From Entomortierella parvispora E1425 (Eukaryota; Fungi; Mortierellomycota): 64,000 bases of DNA. The DNA is taken from contig BQFW01000009.1 in NCBI GenBank assembly GCA_020891255.1, positions 868,001-932,000 of the forward strand. The letters run 5' to 3'. How positions within the stretch are numbered: the first letter of the stretch is position 1; every line of letters begins with the position of its first letter. Made by a program: the position numbers and the translations under genes. Below the pieces are notes generated by a model, which saw nothing but the letters and a program-made list of their open reading frames with translations, searched no databases and was not told the origin of the DNA. Below, piece after piece: positions 36,802-49,441 of this stretch.

Positions 36802-39800
36802 ATGGCCGACTTTGTAAGGACTCGACACAGGAGCGGCGCCATTGACAGTGCCAGTCGCCCATTGCCTCCAAGGATTCCAGTAGCTACAGCCACTACAAGC
36901 AGCACTCTAGACAGCACCTTCGGAAACAGCACCAGCAGCAACAACATCAACATCAACAGCAGCAGCAACAGCACGTCGCCGTCGTCCCCGAGTCGTCTGC
37001 TCCCGCAGCAGTTTCCTGGCCAGCACCTCCAGCCGCCTTTTGTGCCGGTCCAGCAACAATCGCGCATACCCCCCGGCCCCACCTCGGTCCCAGGCATGAC
37101 AAGGTTGCGCTCGGGGTCGAACCCGCTCGTAGAATACCACACCCTTGCAGCGCAGAGGCGCGCACGGGAAAGCAGCAGCAGTGGAAGTGGCGCCAGTATC
37201 AGCACCAATACGAGTTCTGGAACCAGCGCTAGTTCCAACAGCACTAGCATATACGGCTCTATTGACTCGTCGTCTCATAACAGGATACCTTCCCATCTGG
37301 ACGAAACCGGGTTTCGGAGTCGCTCCAGTCCAGGACCAGGAGGATATGGCCAAAGCAGCACTTCCCGGACGGGAACACCAATTGGATCGACCACGACCAC
37401 CAACGCAGGCTCATCGAGCTCACCAGTACACTCACCAGCGTACTCGTCGCCCTACAACGCGGGCTATACGTCGTCAGGTCAAGGAACAACAAGAGCCAGA
37501 GCAGCCACGAGTTCTGGGACAGCAGGATACTTGTTGTCGAACGATAGAAGCGCACATTTGGCGCCGATGGTGCGGGAAAGATCATCTGGGAGCACTAGTA
37601 ACCTCACTACCTCCCCAAGGCAGCCACCCTCTCCCGTGCCTCGGACACACTCGCATTCAGTCTCAGTTCCAGCCGTGTACCCGAACCAACTCTCGAGTCG
37701 GACGCCTACGCCAACGCGTGTCGGGACAGGATTTCCATCACCTCCTTCTGGTTTGCGCTCTTCAATAGCCCCTCCTGCAGCATCAGCACCCTCCTCAACA
37801 TTGTCAGTGTCCAACCCAAGTCAGGGCTCAGCCACCACACGAGCCTCCAGTACGCAGGGCTCAAATAATATCCAAGGTACCTCACCCTTGCAAGGAGCCT
37901 CCGCTGTGGATGTGGTTGGCAAACGTCTTCGAGAGCAACAGCAGCAGGACAGGTTCAAGGCGGCACAGAGCTTTATTGAGCGTACCACAGGAAAAAAGTT
38001 GCCCTCAAGTGATCTGCACGAGTCCCTGAAGGACGGGGTTATTCTATGCGAGTACGACAGCTCTTTTGCGAGTCGGGTTCATTTTGCTGACCGAAACCTG
38101 TTGTTTTTTTTTCTTACCAACACTGACCTCTCTTGTCCAATGCGTTCATAGACTGGCAAACCAACTGAGTCCCAAGATAGTGCGGCTTATTAGTCGAAAG
38201 GAGTTTCCATTTCTTCAGGTAAGAGACCCTTTTTTTGCTGGACGGACGAGAACACAGCAACCACCAACTCGCATCCCAAATCAGGAACAACAAAGACAGC
38301 TACCAGGGCCAAAAAAAACAAACACATCACTGCCGACATCCACGACAGCCTTGACCATGAATTCTGTTGACATCACTAGCCCAGTGGGGTGGTGGTGGCA
38401 CACACCGAAACACGACACTAAACGAACCTCGCTTAAATATCCGACCACGACAACAAAAGAGAGACACACCTATTTTTTTTTGTATACTGACGACACACTC
38501 ATGCCTGTTCATTGACTGGCCCCTGCTCATAGATGGAGAACATCCTCAATTTTGTAGAGGCGGCCAGACAGGTAAGTCTCCATCTTTTTTGATGTTTTGA
38601 TTAGGCAATGGATGAAATAACTTGCTTATCTGTATACATTACCTAAATTATAGCTTGGGGTCCAAAGTTCTGATCTGTTCCAGACCGTGGATCTTTTCGA
38701 GGGCAAAGACATGAACCAGGTATGACGATACGATGCGAATATACTTCGAATGCTGGAATCATTCTACAGATCGTTAATTATTATTGCCGATTTTATCACA
38801 TCCAGGTTGTGTCCACAATTCTTACATTGGAGCGCGTAACTGCAGGAGGAGTGGGAAAGTTAGCAGTCAAGGAAAAAAGACCAGGGCCAAGTCCAATGTT
38901 GCCTCCCAAACCATCTCCAGCACAACCACCAAAAGGACTCAATGGCGCGGTAGGAGTGACCCGAATGCGGTCCAAAACAGCGCACGCCATCGGCGCGGCT
39001 TCAACAACGGCATCCATCAGGCCCTCCTCGTCCGCCTATTACGCTGCCCAAGTACGCAAGTTGGAGGAAGACAGTATTCGATTTGCGAACGGATACGATC
39101 GTCTCGATACGGCCGCGTTTAAAGTCAACGATCGCCACCAAAGCTCGCCAATTCCTAGTAAGAACTCTCCATTTTTGAATAGGGCCTCAATACGGCCAAG
39201 TCTAAGCGACATCCAAGCCGGTCTACAATCAAATCATCAAGATGTCAGCTTTGGTAGTGATGACAGTGGAGACTTGAATCAGCAGCAGGAGGCAGACATT
39301 CGGAGAGAGCAGCGTGATTTGGTCTTCGGGAGCAGTTCACCTTCAGGGTCTATTCCTAAATCAACATCAGGACCTCTCCTGTCTGCTGAAAGCAGGCTCT
39401 CAAATCAGGATGCAGCGAGGAGAAGAAAAAAGAGTATTTCTTTGGATCCCAAGGCCGCCAACGCCGTTATGGGAAGCCCCAATCACCGTGACCCAGGCAG
39501 TCCAGGATTTTTGATTCAATCCGCGTCGTATAGCGCCCTATCCAATATGAACGGCAATAACCAACTCCTCAACCTGAAACAACACTCTCGGTACTCCTCA
39601 GACAAAGATTTCGCAAGCAACAAAGCTGATCTCGCGTCCCCCGCATCTTCAAGATCATCCACTCCAGTACAAGGCGGCGTCAGAAAGAATACCATTTCGG
39701 ATCAGCCTATGCGTGAGAAGCTAGAGCTCTGGGAGAACGACACTCTCACAGCAACATTTGTAAGTTAACATGACATGACTCGTGCATGGCTTTCAGTTGC

Positions 39801-42800
39801 TCCCCTAACGCACTATTTGTGTCACAACTCTTTTTATTACAGAAACTAGGAGGCTTTTGCATTGGGCGCGGCCAATTTGGTGCAGTTTACAAGTAAGATC
39901 CTCATCATACTCCACAATAAGCATAGATGCAGAATCAGATCTTGTCTAATTAGCCATTTCCTTTTTCTTTAACATAGGGCGATGAACATGGTGACAGGGC
40001 AAATGGTGGCAGTGAAGCGAATCAAGATCGATGGTCTCAAAGACGCCGAGATGGATTTGCTGATGCAGGAGGTGGATTTGTTGAAGTCATTGGAGCATCC
40101 GTCCATTGTCAAGTACGAAGGATTTATCAAGACGGACGGCCATCTTAACATCATTCTTGAGTTTGTCGAAAATGGGTCTCTTTTGACGACACTCAAGTCC
40201 TTCGGTACATTTCCGGAGAAACTTGTAGTAGCTTACGTGGTCAAGATCTTGGAAGGCCTCGTATATTTGCATGGAAAAGAGGTTCGATCGATGTCAGCAA
40301 TGCTATGATGGTTTGCTAACGTTATTTTCGGGCCATTGTTTAACCTGGCCTCATCGTGTACATATGCTTTGTTCGCTCAACTAGGTTGTTCACTGCGACC
40401 TCAAAGCGGCCAATATTTTGACAACAAAAAACGGCAATGTTAAATTGTCGGATTTCGGTGTATCCCTCAATCTCAAAGTCAAGGAATCAGATTTTGGAGC
40501 GGTGGCGGGAACACCAAATTGGAGTATGTTTGTTTGATACTGGTTCTTGGTGAAGCACTGTATGCATGGCCCAAAATGACTTATATTGACTTGATGTAAT
40601 CTCTTTCTTAGTGGCCCCTGAGGTGATTGAGCTGAAAGGAGCTTCTCCAGCGAGTGACATTTGGTCCCTTGGATGCACCATTATTGAGATGCTTACTGGA
40701 CGACCGCCCTATGCCGAGTTGTTGGCCATGACCACGCTCTTCCGTATTGTAGAGGACGAGAGACCGCCACTTCCCAACAATTTGTCCGTAGACCTCTTGG
40801 ATTTCCTCTGTCAGTGCTTTCAAAAGGACCCGACATTGAGACCCAGTGCAGGCGCACTTGGCCGACATGTTTGGGTGAAGCGCAATTTTGCCTCGAGGGT
40901 ATGGACGCTTGTCTCCTTTGTTGCTATTTATTCATCATCTGCAATATGATTCTAACCGAAAGTGGTCGGACCAAATTCATTTACTCCCTAGGAGTTGAAG
41001 CCTATGGATAGCCTGCCATATATGACGCGAAAGTCGATGGAGCCGAAAGATAAATCACTTATTACAGCAGCATTGGAAGGTGGTACCAAAAGGGCGTCCA
41101 CACCCTCGGGACTCACATCAGGGGCTCCACCACCTGCAGCATCCGCCTCGATTTTGCATATAGGACGCGGAATACGACGTGGAAGTGTCGACAGTGCTAG
41201 TAGCTACTATTCCTCGACTGTTCCGGGACCATCAATATCGCAGGAGAAGATGTATGAGATGAATAAGGGCGCCAAGATTGGAAACCAGCATCAATTTGTG
41301 AAGAGTTCTTTTGCGAAGCGTAAGCATGACATGTTGCTTGCAAGTTTTCTTAGTCAGCTTCTTCTCGGGTACCACGCTGCTCACACCTACTTCTTTCTCA
41401 AACAGCTGTTGAATGTAGACTGTGCCATGATTTTGTCAAAAAGCAAGCGGTTATCTGCCAAGGTTTGTTTTCGGGAGTTTTTTTTTTTCTTTGTTCAAGA
41501 ATCCTGTGAAGCTCATCCTTTCTTTATTTTATTCCTTTTGTCTAGATTGCAGCTTGGTTTTTCACAGAAAGTGTCAGTTCTACGTTGGGGAGACTTGCTT
41601 CCCAGGCCCTCATCTTTCCTACTTTGGATCGCCTTCACCAGCCCAATCCGTCCCCAACTTGAAGCTTTTGGCCAGCGGAACTCCTCTCAGAAGCAGTCGT
41701 CCCACCTCTCGAACATCTCAACAAAACGACAGATCTAGATCCGTGACACCGTCGCAAGGAACTAGCCGACCGTGTCCAACCCCACCACTTTTGTCTTTCC
41801 CAATGCGCGAAGGAGCCGCTTCCAATGATCGCGCAGATCGGCGCCAAATGTCTCCACCCCCACTGCCACTCAACTCTGTCTATCGAATAAGTTCCCCAGA
41901 AAGTTACCCAGAGTCTGGGTCTTACAACGGTCAAAGTCAACCACCCCGCCCCCCAAGTCGTCAGACTGACAGCCCCACTTCACCTACGCTCTCCGGGTTG
42001 CGCGGCCTAATTTCCGGGCCCAGGCGATTCTCGTTCGGCGCTAAGAAAACACCTCAAAGCTCACCCAGTACCAACCATCATCCATTGCCAACACCCCCTA
42101 CCTCCTACACTTCCAACACAACAGCCTTCAATGCTCAGCGACAAACCCCGACTCCCGATTCTGGACGCTCTTCCGCTAATGGCTACTCTCAAAGTCCAAC
42201 GACCCCTCCTCAAAAATCGATTCCAGTTCCAATTATGAGATCGAAGAATGGATCAGGCGGTCGCCCATACCGCGGGCGGGAATACTTGCCAGGAGGACCC
42301 CTCGACCCCTTTGAGGACGAGCAAAGTAACACCATTCTCAACAATTATGGACGAGGTCACCAAAGACCGAGTTCCATCACCCTGTTCTCCACCAGCGCGC
42401 CACCAGTGCCCGTTGATTATTCGTCTGACAGCCGATCTTCGAGCAGTATCTCCCTGCAGTCGTCCTTGCACTCCTCCTTTACAAAATACTCTGACGACGA
42501 AGATGATGACGACCATAACATTGACGACATTGATGACATGGACGAGCGGGATTTGGAGGCGTTGTTAATCCCATCCGTCGTCCGGACGCCTAGGACCAGC
42601 ATCGATGCGGGCCATCCTATGATTGGGTACCGAAGCAAAAGTCAATCCATCAGTCAGACCCTAAGCCAACAGCAACACCAGAGCCGACTGGACGAGGAGT
42701 TTGCGTCCTTGAAGGCATTTAATGCCAAGTCTGCGGCTCAGGATATTCACAAAAAGTCCCCACCAAAAGCCCCAGCTGCCATTAGCTTTGGATCTCCTCC

Positions 42801-43668
42801 AGGAAACCGCGACAAGTTCATTCCTCACCATCGAGCTCAGCGATCGTTTGGATCAACTGCCGCCACTACCGATAATGCTGCCGCTCCTACAGCAATTGCC
42901 CCCCCTACTTCGAGGCAGAGAAAGATTTCCACCAGTAGCTCCTCTGGCTCGTCCCTGGGCTCAATCGCAGCACATTTGGAGGAAGAGGAGCGAATGATGA
43001 AGTTGTCTCTTGGTCTTGGAGGCCCAGTTCCAGCCAGCAAGAGTCCAAAGCCTCTGTCTGCGTACCAGATGGCCACATCCCCACCTCAGTCGAACCATGT
43101 CGGCCTCAAGACGATGCTCAGTCGGTTGTCGCCTTCGACCTCGAACGCAACTGTGACTGCAACGACAACTTTGAACGGAGCACCACCAGCACAAGAGGCT
43201 CAACCGAACCAGACGAGTCGGGATTCGTCCAAGGCTTCAGTAGCCTATGCAGCAGCGGCTCGTCATCAGATCCAGGCTCCTCTGCAATATCAACAGCATC
43301 CCCATTCGCAACCGCCGCCTCGATCCATCCACCCGTTTCAACCTTCGTCCTCAGAGACTTCCTCGGACTACAACGGTCATCCTTATGGAGGAGCGGTCAA
43401 GGGCGAGATTTATCCACAGCACCTGAATGGCTACGGACCAGGGCATGGAGGCAACAATGGGTTTGCACAAGGGAACAATGGCCGGAATGGTCGCACGACC
43501 CCAGGGGGCGACCTAGTATCTCCACCCATCCCGGCTCCTTTGTCTTCAAATAACGCTTCGACCACGGTTGCATCCTCTGCTGCCGCTGCTGCCGCTTCCT
43601 TGGCATCCTCGGCATTGAAGCGAGGGGGGAAAGTGATTCGACGCAGCATTGGCGCCACTGAGCGCTGA
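36802..43668 (+). CDS. Cdc15/SepH-like (STE-group) Ser/Thr kinase with calponin-homology domain, kinase domain and C1 domain; multi-exon
   Basis: CH domain across exons (LHESLKDGVILC..MENILNFVEAA..DLFQTVDLFEGKDMNQ..VVSTILTL). Kinase motifs IGRGQFGAVYK, VAVK, HCDLKAAN, DFG, GTPNW|MAPE and DIWSLG. C1 motif HQFVK...C..C...C..C...H..C split over exons at about 41290-41600. Confidence 0.85.
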
Positions 43669-43979
43669 AAGAAAAGAAAAAGAAAAAGAAAACCTTTTGT
43701 TCACTAAAATCCGTATGCATCTTTGTGCAAACAACAAACAAGAAAAGACACAATAAAAACACGAGATCCGGAAACTTACACACGTCCATGAAACCCTTTT
43801 ATTTCCTTTCGGTGTTGTCATCCTTTCAGGTTACAATCTCATTCTTGTTGCGTGCCATTCACATCCTCCTGCAGTCTACCAGTGCCACAGTGAGTCATCT
43901 TCCTTTTTGTGCGCTTTTCCTCGCATGTTGCCGTGATGCAATCAATGTAATACTCATTCATTTTCATAGGTAATCTAAA

Positions 43980-46412
43980 ATGTCATGGAGTGACCCTGAA
44001 TTTATAAAGGACTTTATCCGCAGTTCTCATCTTCCACAGCCATCCAGATTCCTCACTCCAGAAATCGTCATTCAAGAGTCTCAGGCGCATGTGAAGAACA
44101 TCTTTGACGATTGGAACTTGCTGAACCGAATCATTCTGCGACATGAGGCCTCCATCCAAAAGCGATGGCTCAAAAAATCGCGCGAGCAGCGACGCAACAC
44201 CCTGCTCCACGCCTGGCCTCAGATGCCCAAGAAACATCTCCCGGACTTGGAGGTTTATCTTGATGAAAATTCAAATCAACCTTCGAATAATCCGGCCTAT
44301 CTTTGGCCATCCATCAACCAGGAAGACCTTTTGAGACCAAAGATTCTGCTTATCTTTCTCAATGCTCGAGGTCGACACTACCCATCCGTCTTTACTGCTG
44401 CAGACGAGCTATCATTCAAACTGGGCCGAGTCGGCGGGAAGAAGATGCCAGGATTTCTCAACGAGTATACGATGCTGTTCACTGGACGCAACTCGCGTTT
44501 TACCTACGGGCAACTATACAGCTGGGATGAGCACGAAGATGTATTTGATTGGCAAATGAGTGGCTCTGCTCATAATCCTGGCCTCGGCCTCATGATCCTC
44601 GAAGTGCAGGAGCGTATATACCGATTTCTTGTCAATTGCTGTCTCCGTATCCTCCATATGACTCGCAAGGATGCCATGGATGATATCACCCCAATTGGGC
44701 CGGAACCGCCAGCCATTTCCATGATCGACGGTCCAATGTACTCTCTGTCTGATGTCGCAGCCGCGACCCCTTATTCGGTGCCCGCCAAGCTGGACCTTGG
44801 TCGTCTCCGCGAGCTCATTGCCGCTAGGCGCTCGACTGCCGAGGATCATTTCTGGTCCCTTCGAGAGGACCCTGGGTATTTTGAAAAAGCTCTTCTCGAA
44901 ATGAAGGATCACCGAGGGGAAACTCTTTTGGACATTCGTGGACGACCCCACTCCTTAATGTCCACCTGGAAGTCGAACGAATTCTGGAAGCGCGTGGTTA
45001 GCAAGCTAATTCTCGAGGCAAGCGGTATGCTGGAGGTGTGGCACATCCTGCTATCTCAGATCGACAAGTTGATAGCCCTTCAGAAGAAGTACGATGGCCA
45101 GCTCAAAGTCGAATCCCCCCTACCTGAAGAGCTCCTGATGGCTTTCTTGGACCTGGAGTTCAGTATTGATGTCTATATGAAAATTCCTTTGACATCCCTG
45201 AAGCAAACTGTCGTGGCGTCCCCCCCTCTGCGACGTTGGTTCGCTCGCATGCCAGAAGAAAACCCACGGATGATCGCCGTAACACCAAAACCGAGTGTGA
45301 GCAAGGACGAAACACAGACGAGGCTCCTATGGCTCTTCCAAACATTGTTTGATGAACGTCAACGCTTTTTGATCGGTGTACTCCCAGTGCTGGATATGAT
45401 GGAACGTCTGGTCCAGAACGACCCAAAGTCTCGGGATCTTTTTTCAAGCATCGTTGCAGACTCCATTTCAGACTATTCACTCCTTGCAGAGGTTCAGAGG
45501 CAGATCCAACTTTTTCAGCCGTGGGCGTCCACCTTTGAACATGATGCAGTCGAGCGAACAAAGATCATACGGCCCAGGTACATTGCGCGTACGAAGCGTT
45601 TGGCTCAAGTGGAGGAAGCCTTTGGATCCATTGATACCAGCGTTGCGGACCCATCGGACAAAAAGTTTTATTATCCGGCCGACAAGAGAAGAACTAAGGA
45701 GAACACACTGGCGATGCAGAAGGCGGAGAAGAATCTGGACGAGTTCTGGGACATGGTTGATCGAACCCTTTTGAAGACGGTCAACAATTCAAAGAATGGA
45801 GAGTGGACATGCTTATTGCCACCCGATCGAACGCTGCAGAGGACCCCTGATTGGGTTGAACCTGCGCCTGCTGTGTCGGTCCTGGACAGGAAGAAAGCAG
45901 GAGATCAGGTCGAAGAGTTGATGTTGGGACTTGAGCTGCGATCGGAGAGCACGACGGACAACAAGGAGACAAAGCAGCAACAGAAGGAGAAGGTCAAGAC
46001 TCGCGGGACTGCAGCGGCTCCAGCTGCTAAAACGACAACCGAGGGAACAAAAGAAGAGACCAATGTCTCTTCGCAAGTGGAACCTCAGCCGACTTTCAAG
46101 TTGGACAAGAAAGCTTTGAAAGTGTTCTCAACCTTGTTCTACCAACCCTCGACGTCATCGAAGCCTGGAGAGATTCCCTGGAGCGACTTTTTGCATGCCA
46201 TGACGAAGACTGGATTCACAGCGGAAAAGATGCTTGGATCTGCGTGGCACTTTTCACCTATCAACACTGATATGGGAAGGAGCATTCAGTTTCACGAGCC
46301 TCACCCGTCGAGCAAGATCCCGTTCAACATTGCGAGAGGCTTTGGAAGGCGATTGTTCAGGAACTATGGATGGAGAGGCGACATGTTTGTTCTTGAGGAT
46401 CCGAAAGTGTAG
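43980..46412 (+). CDS. Tandem paralog 1 (810 aa, intact): large N-terminal region plus C-terminal HicA-like domain
   Basis: Single long ORF. The C-terminus reads KALKVFSTLF..GEIPWSDFLHAM..GF...GSAW....RSIQFHEPHP..KIP..ARGFGRRL..YGW. Confidence 0.85.
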   Translation: MSWSDPEFIKDFIRSSHLPQPSRFLTPEIVIQESQAHVKNIFDDWNLLNRIILRHEASIQKRWLKKSREQRRNTLLHAWPQMPKKHLPDLEVYLDENSNQPSNNPAYLWPSINQEDLLRPKILLIFLNARGRHYPSVFTAADELSFKLGRVGGKKMPGFLNEYTMLFTGRNSRFTYGQLYSWDEHEDVFDWQMSGSAHNPGLGLMILEVQERIYRFLVNCCLRILHMTRKDAMDDITPIGPEPPAISMIDGPMYSLSDVAAATPYSVPAKLDLGRLRELIAARRSTAEDHFWSLREDPGYFEKALLEMKDHRGETLLDIRGRPHSLMSTWKSNEFWKRVVSKLILEASGMLEVWHILLSQIDKLIALQKKYDGQLKVESPLPEELLMAFLDLEFSIDVYMKIPLTSLKQTVVASPPLRRWFARMPEENPRMIAVTPKPSVSKDETQTRLLWLFQTLFDERQRFLIGVLPVLDMMERLVQNDPKSRDLFSSIVADSISDYSLLAEVQRQIQLFQPWASTFEHDAVERTKIIRPRYIARTKRLAQVEEAFGSIDTSVADPSDKKFYYPADKRRTKENTLAMQKAEKNLDEFWDMVDRTLLKTVNNSKNGEWTCLLPPDRTLQRTPDWVEPAPAVSVLDRKKAGDQVEELMLGLELRSESTTDNKETKQQQKEKVKTRGTAAAPAAKTTTEGTKEETNVSSQVEPQPTFKLDKKALKVFSTLFYQPSTSSKPGEIPWSDFLHAMTKTGFTAEKMLGSAWHFSPINTDMGRSIQFHEPHPSSKIPFNIARGFGRRLFRNYGWRGDMFVLEDPKV

Positions 46413-46711
46413 CCTTTTGTTTACAAACAATAGATGAAATGGTATTTATGAGGTTTTGTGTTGAGTTGCCCTTTGTTCACAGGGTAACTCGTTGGGATCT
46501 GATCTAGGTTAGAAGCTGCAACTGCCTCCATGAGTTCATGAAGAAGCAGGTACAGGAAACGTAATGAAAGGGAAAAAAAATCGACGATTGGGCGAAGTTT
46601 TTAAGGTTGCACCCAAAGAAGCGACTGTCCTTATTTTCAATTATTTGATGCATCAGACTCCATCTGCATTTCATTTCGTCAAACCTCAGCACATCTTGCA
46701 GGTCAATCAAA

Positions 46712-49136
46712 ATGTGGAAAGATCCCTTCGATGGTCTCCCCCCGCCATCCCGAAGTCTCACTCCAGGAATCGTCATCCAGGAGTCTCAGGCGCATGTCAA
46801 GAACATCTTTGACGACTGGAACTTGCTGAACCGAATCATTCTGCGACATGAGGCCTCCATCCAAAAGCGATGGCTCAAAAATCGCGTGAGCAGCGACGCA
46901 ACACCCTGCTCCACGCCTGGCCACAGATGCCCAAGAAACATCTCCCGGACTTGGAGGCTTTTCTTGATGAAAATTCAAATCAACCTTCGAATAATCCGGC
47001 CTATCTTTGCCCAACTCTCAACCAGGAAGACCTTTTGAGGCCAAAGATTCTGCTTATCTTTCTCAATGCTCGAGGTCGACACCACCCATCCGTCTTTTCT
47101 GGTGCAGATGAGCAGTTGTTCAAACTGGGCCGAGTGAGCGGAGCAAGAACTCCAGGATCTCTCTTCGGCTATACGATGGTATTTACCGGACACAACTCGC
47201 CTTCGACTTATGGACGGCTCTACAGCTGGGAAGAGAACGAAAATGCATTGGAGTGGCAAATGAGTGGCTATGCCCATTATCCTGGCCTCGGCCTCATGAC
47301 CCTTGAGGCACAGGAATGCGTGTATCGATTTCTAGTCAACTGTTGTCTCCATATCCTCCAGATAACACGCGAGGATGCCATGGCCGATGACACCCCAATT
47401 GAGCCAGAACCGCCAGCCGTTTCCATGGTCGACGGTCCAATGTACTCTCTGTCTGATGTCGCAGCCGCAACCCCTTATTCGGTGCCCGCCAAGCTGGACC
47501 TTGGTCGTCTCCGTGAGCTCATTGCCACCAGACGCTCTGCCGCTGAGGATCATTTCTGGTCCCTTCGGGAGGACCCAGGTTACTTTGAGAGTACCCTTCT
47601 CGAGATGAGGAACCACCGAGGGGAAACTCTTTTGGACACCAATGGAAAACCACACTCCTTAATGTCCCCCAGGAAGTCGAACGAATTCTGGAAGCGCGTG
47701 GTAACCAGGGTGCTTATCGAAGCAAGCGGTACTCTTGAGGTGTGGCATACCCTGTTGTCCCAGATCGACGAGCTGATAGCCCTTCAAAAGAAGTATGATG
47801 GCCAACTCAGAGAGGAATTACCTCTTCCAGATGAGCTTCTGATGTCGTTCTTGGATGTGGAGTTCAGTCTCGGTAATTACATGGACATTCCAATGCGGTC
47901 CCTGAATCATATTGTGTTGGCATCCCCCCAAATGCGAACTTTGTTTGCTCGTGCGCCTGAGAGCAACTCAAGGCATGTCGACATTATGATAAGGCCCAAC
48001 ATCAGCATGGACTCTACGCAGAAAAAGCTACTTTGGCTTTTCCAGGCCTTGTTTAGCGATACCCAACGCCGCCTAGTCGGCGCAGTTCCACTACTAGATA
48101 TGATGGAACGTCTTGTTCTAAACGACCCAAAGTCTCGGCATCTGTTCTCGGGGATGGTTGCGGACACCATTTCGGACTATTCACTCCTTGCAGAGGTTCA
48201 GAGGCAGATCAGGCTCTTTCAGCCCTGGGCGTCCACCTTTGAGACGGCGGTCAAGGAGCAGCAGAGTGTCATCTTGCCAAGTTCATTGGGCGTACGGAGC
48301 GCATAGGTCAAGCGGAGGCAGCTCTTGAGACCATTGATACTAGTATTGCAGATCCTACGGACAAGAAGTTTTACTACCCTGCTGATAAGAGAAGAACCAA
48401 GGAGAACACGCTGGCGATGCAAACGGCCGAGAGGAATCTGGACGCATTCTGGAACTTGATTGACCGAACTCTTTTGAAAACGGTCAACAGTTCAAAGAAC
48501 GGAGAGTGGACATGTTTATTGTCACCCGGTCGGATGTTGCAGCGAACCCCTGACTGGGTTGAACCCCCACCCAAGGCGTCAAAGAAGGACAAGAAGAAAA
48601 CAGGAGCCCAGGTCGAGGAGCTGATGTTGGGACTTGAACTCCGATCGGAGAGCACGACCGACAACAAGGAGACGAAGCAGCAACAGAAGGACAGGATCAA
48701 GACGCGCGGGACTGCAGCGACTCCAGCTGCTAGAGCGACAACCGAGGGAACAAAAGAAGAGACCAGTGTCTCTTCGCAGGTGGACCCTCAGCCGACTTTC
48801 AAGTTGGACAAGAAAGCTTTGAAAGTGTTCTCAACCTTGTTCTACCAACCCTCGACGTCGTCGAAGCCTGGAGAGATTCCCTGGAGCGACTTTTTGCATG
48901 CCATGCGACAGACCGGATTCAAAGGTGTAAAGATGTATGGATCTGTGTGGCACTTTTCACCCATCAACCCTGATATGGGAAGGAGCATTCAGTTTCACGA
49001 ACCTCATCCGTCGAGCAAGATCCCGTTCAACATTGCAAGGGGCTTTGGAAGGCGATTGTTCAGGAACTATGGATGGAGAGGCGACATGTTTGTTCTCGAG
49101 GATCCGAAAGAGCAGGCGGCAATAGTAGTCGAATAG
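46712..49136 (+). pseudogene. Tandem paralog 2, split by two 1-bp deletions (about 46877-46881 and 48277-48280)
   Basis: ORFs 46712-47038, 46870-48306 and 48417-49136 align collinearly with paralog 1. The A-run has 5 A here against 6 A in paralog 1 (44172-44177). A second shift lies at ttgccaagttc. Confidence 0.75.
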
Positions 49137-49441
49137 TCCAGTATTTAAATATGAAGTTTGAAGTCGAGCAGGTCTTTGTTCTCTGGTTGGCACATGGGAA
49201 CCGATTATCTTGGAACAGGCTCAACAACCGTGTCGCGAGAAAATAAAAAAATAAAAATTACACACACACACCAGTGCTAAACCTTATTCCCCTTTACTCT
49301 CAACCCAATAAACGCTTTGTTCATTCCTTTCATTCTCAACTTCATCCCTCTGCTCCATCCGACCGTTTGTCCTCTTCCCCCATCCGCATTCCTCCCTTTG
49401 AGAATCCTCTTCTCCGCGATATCATTCAAAGGCCAATCAAA

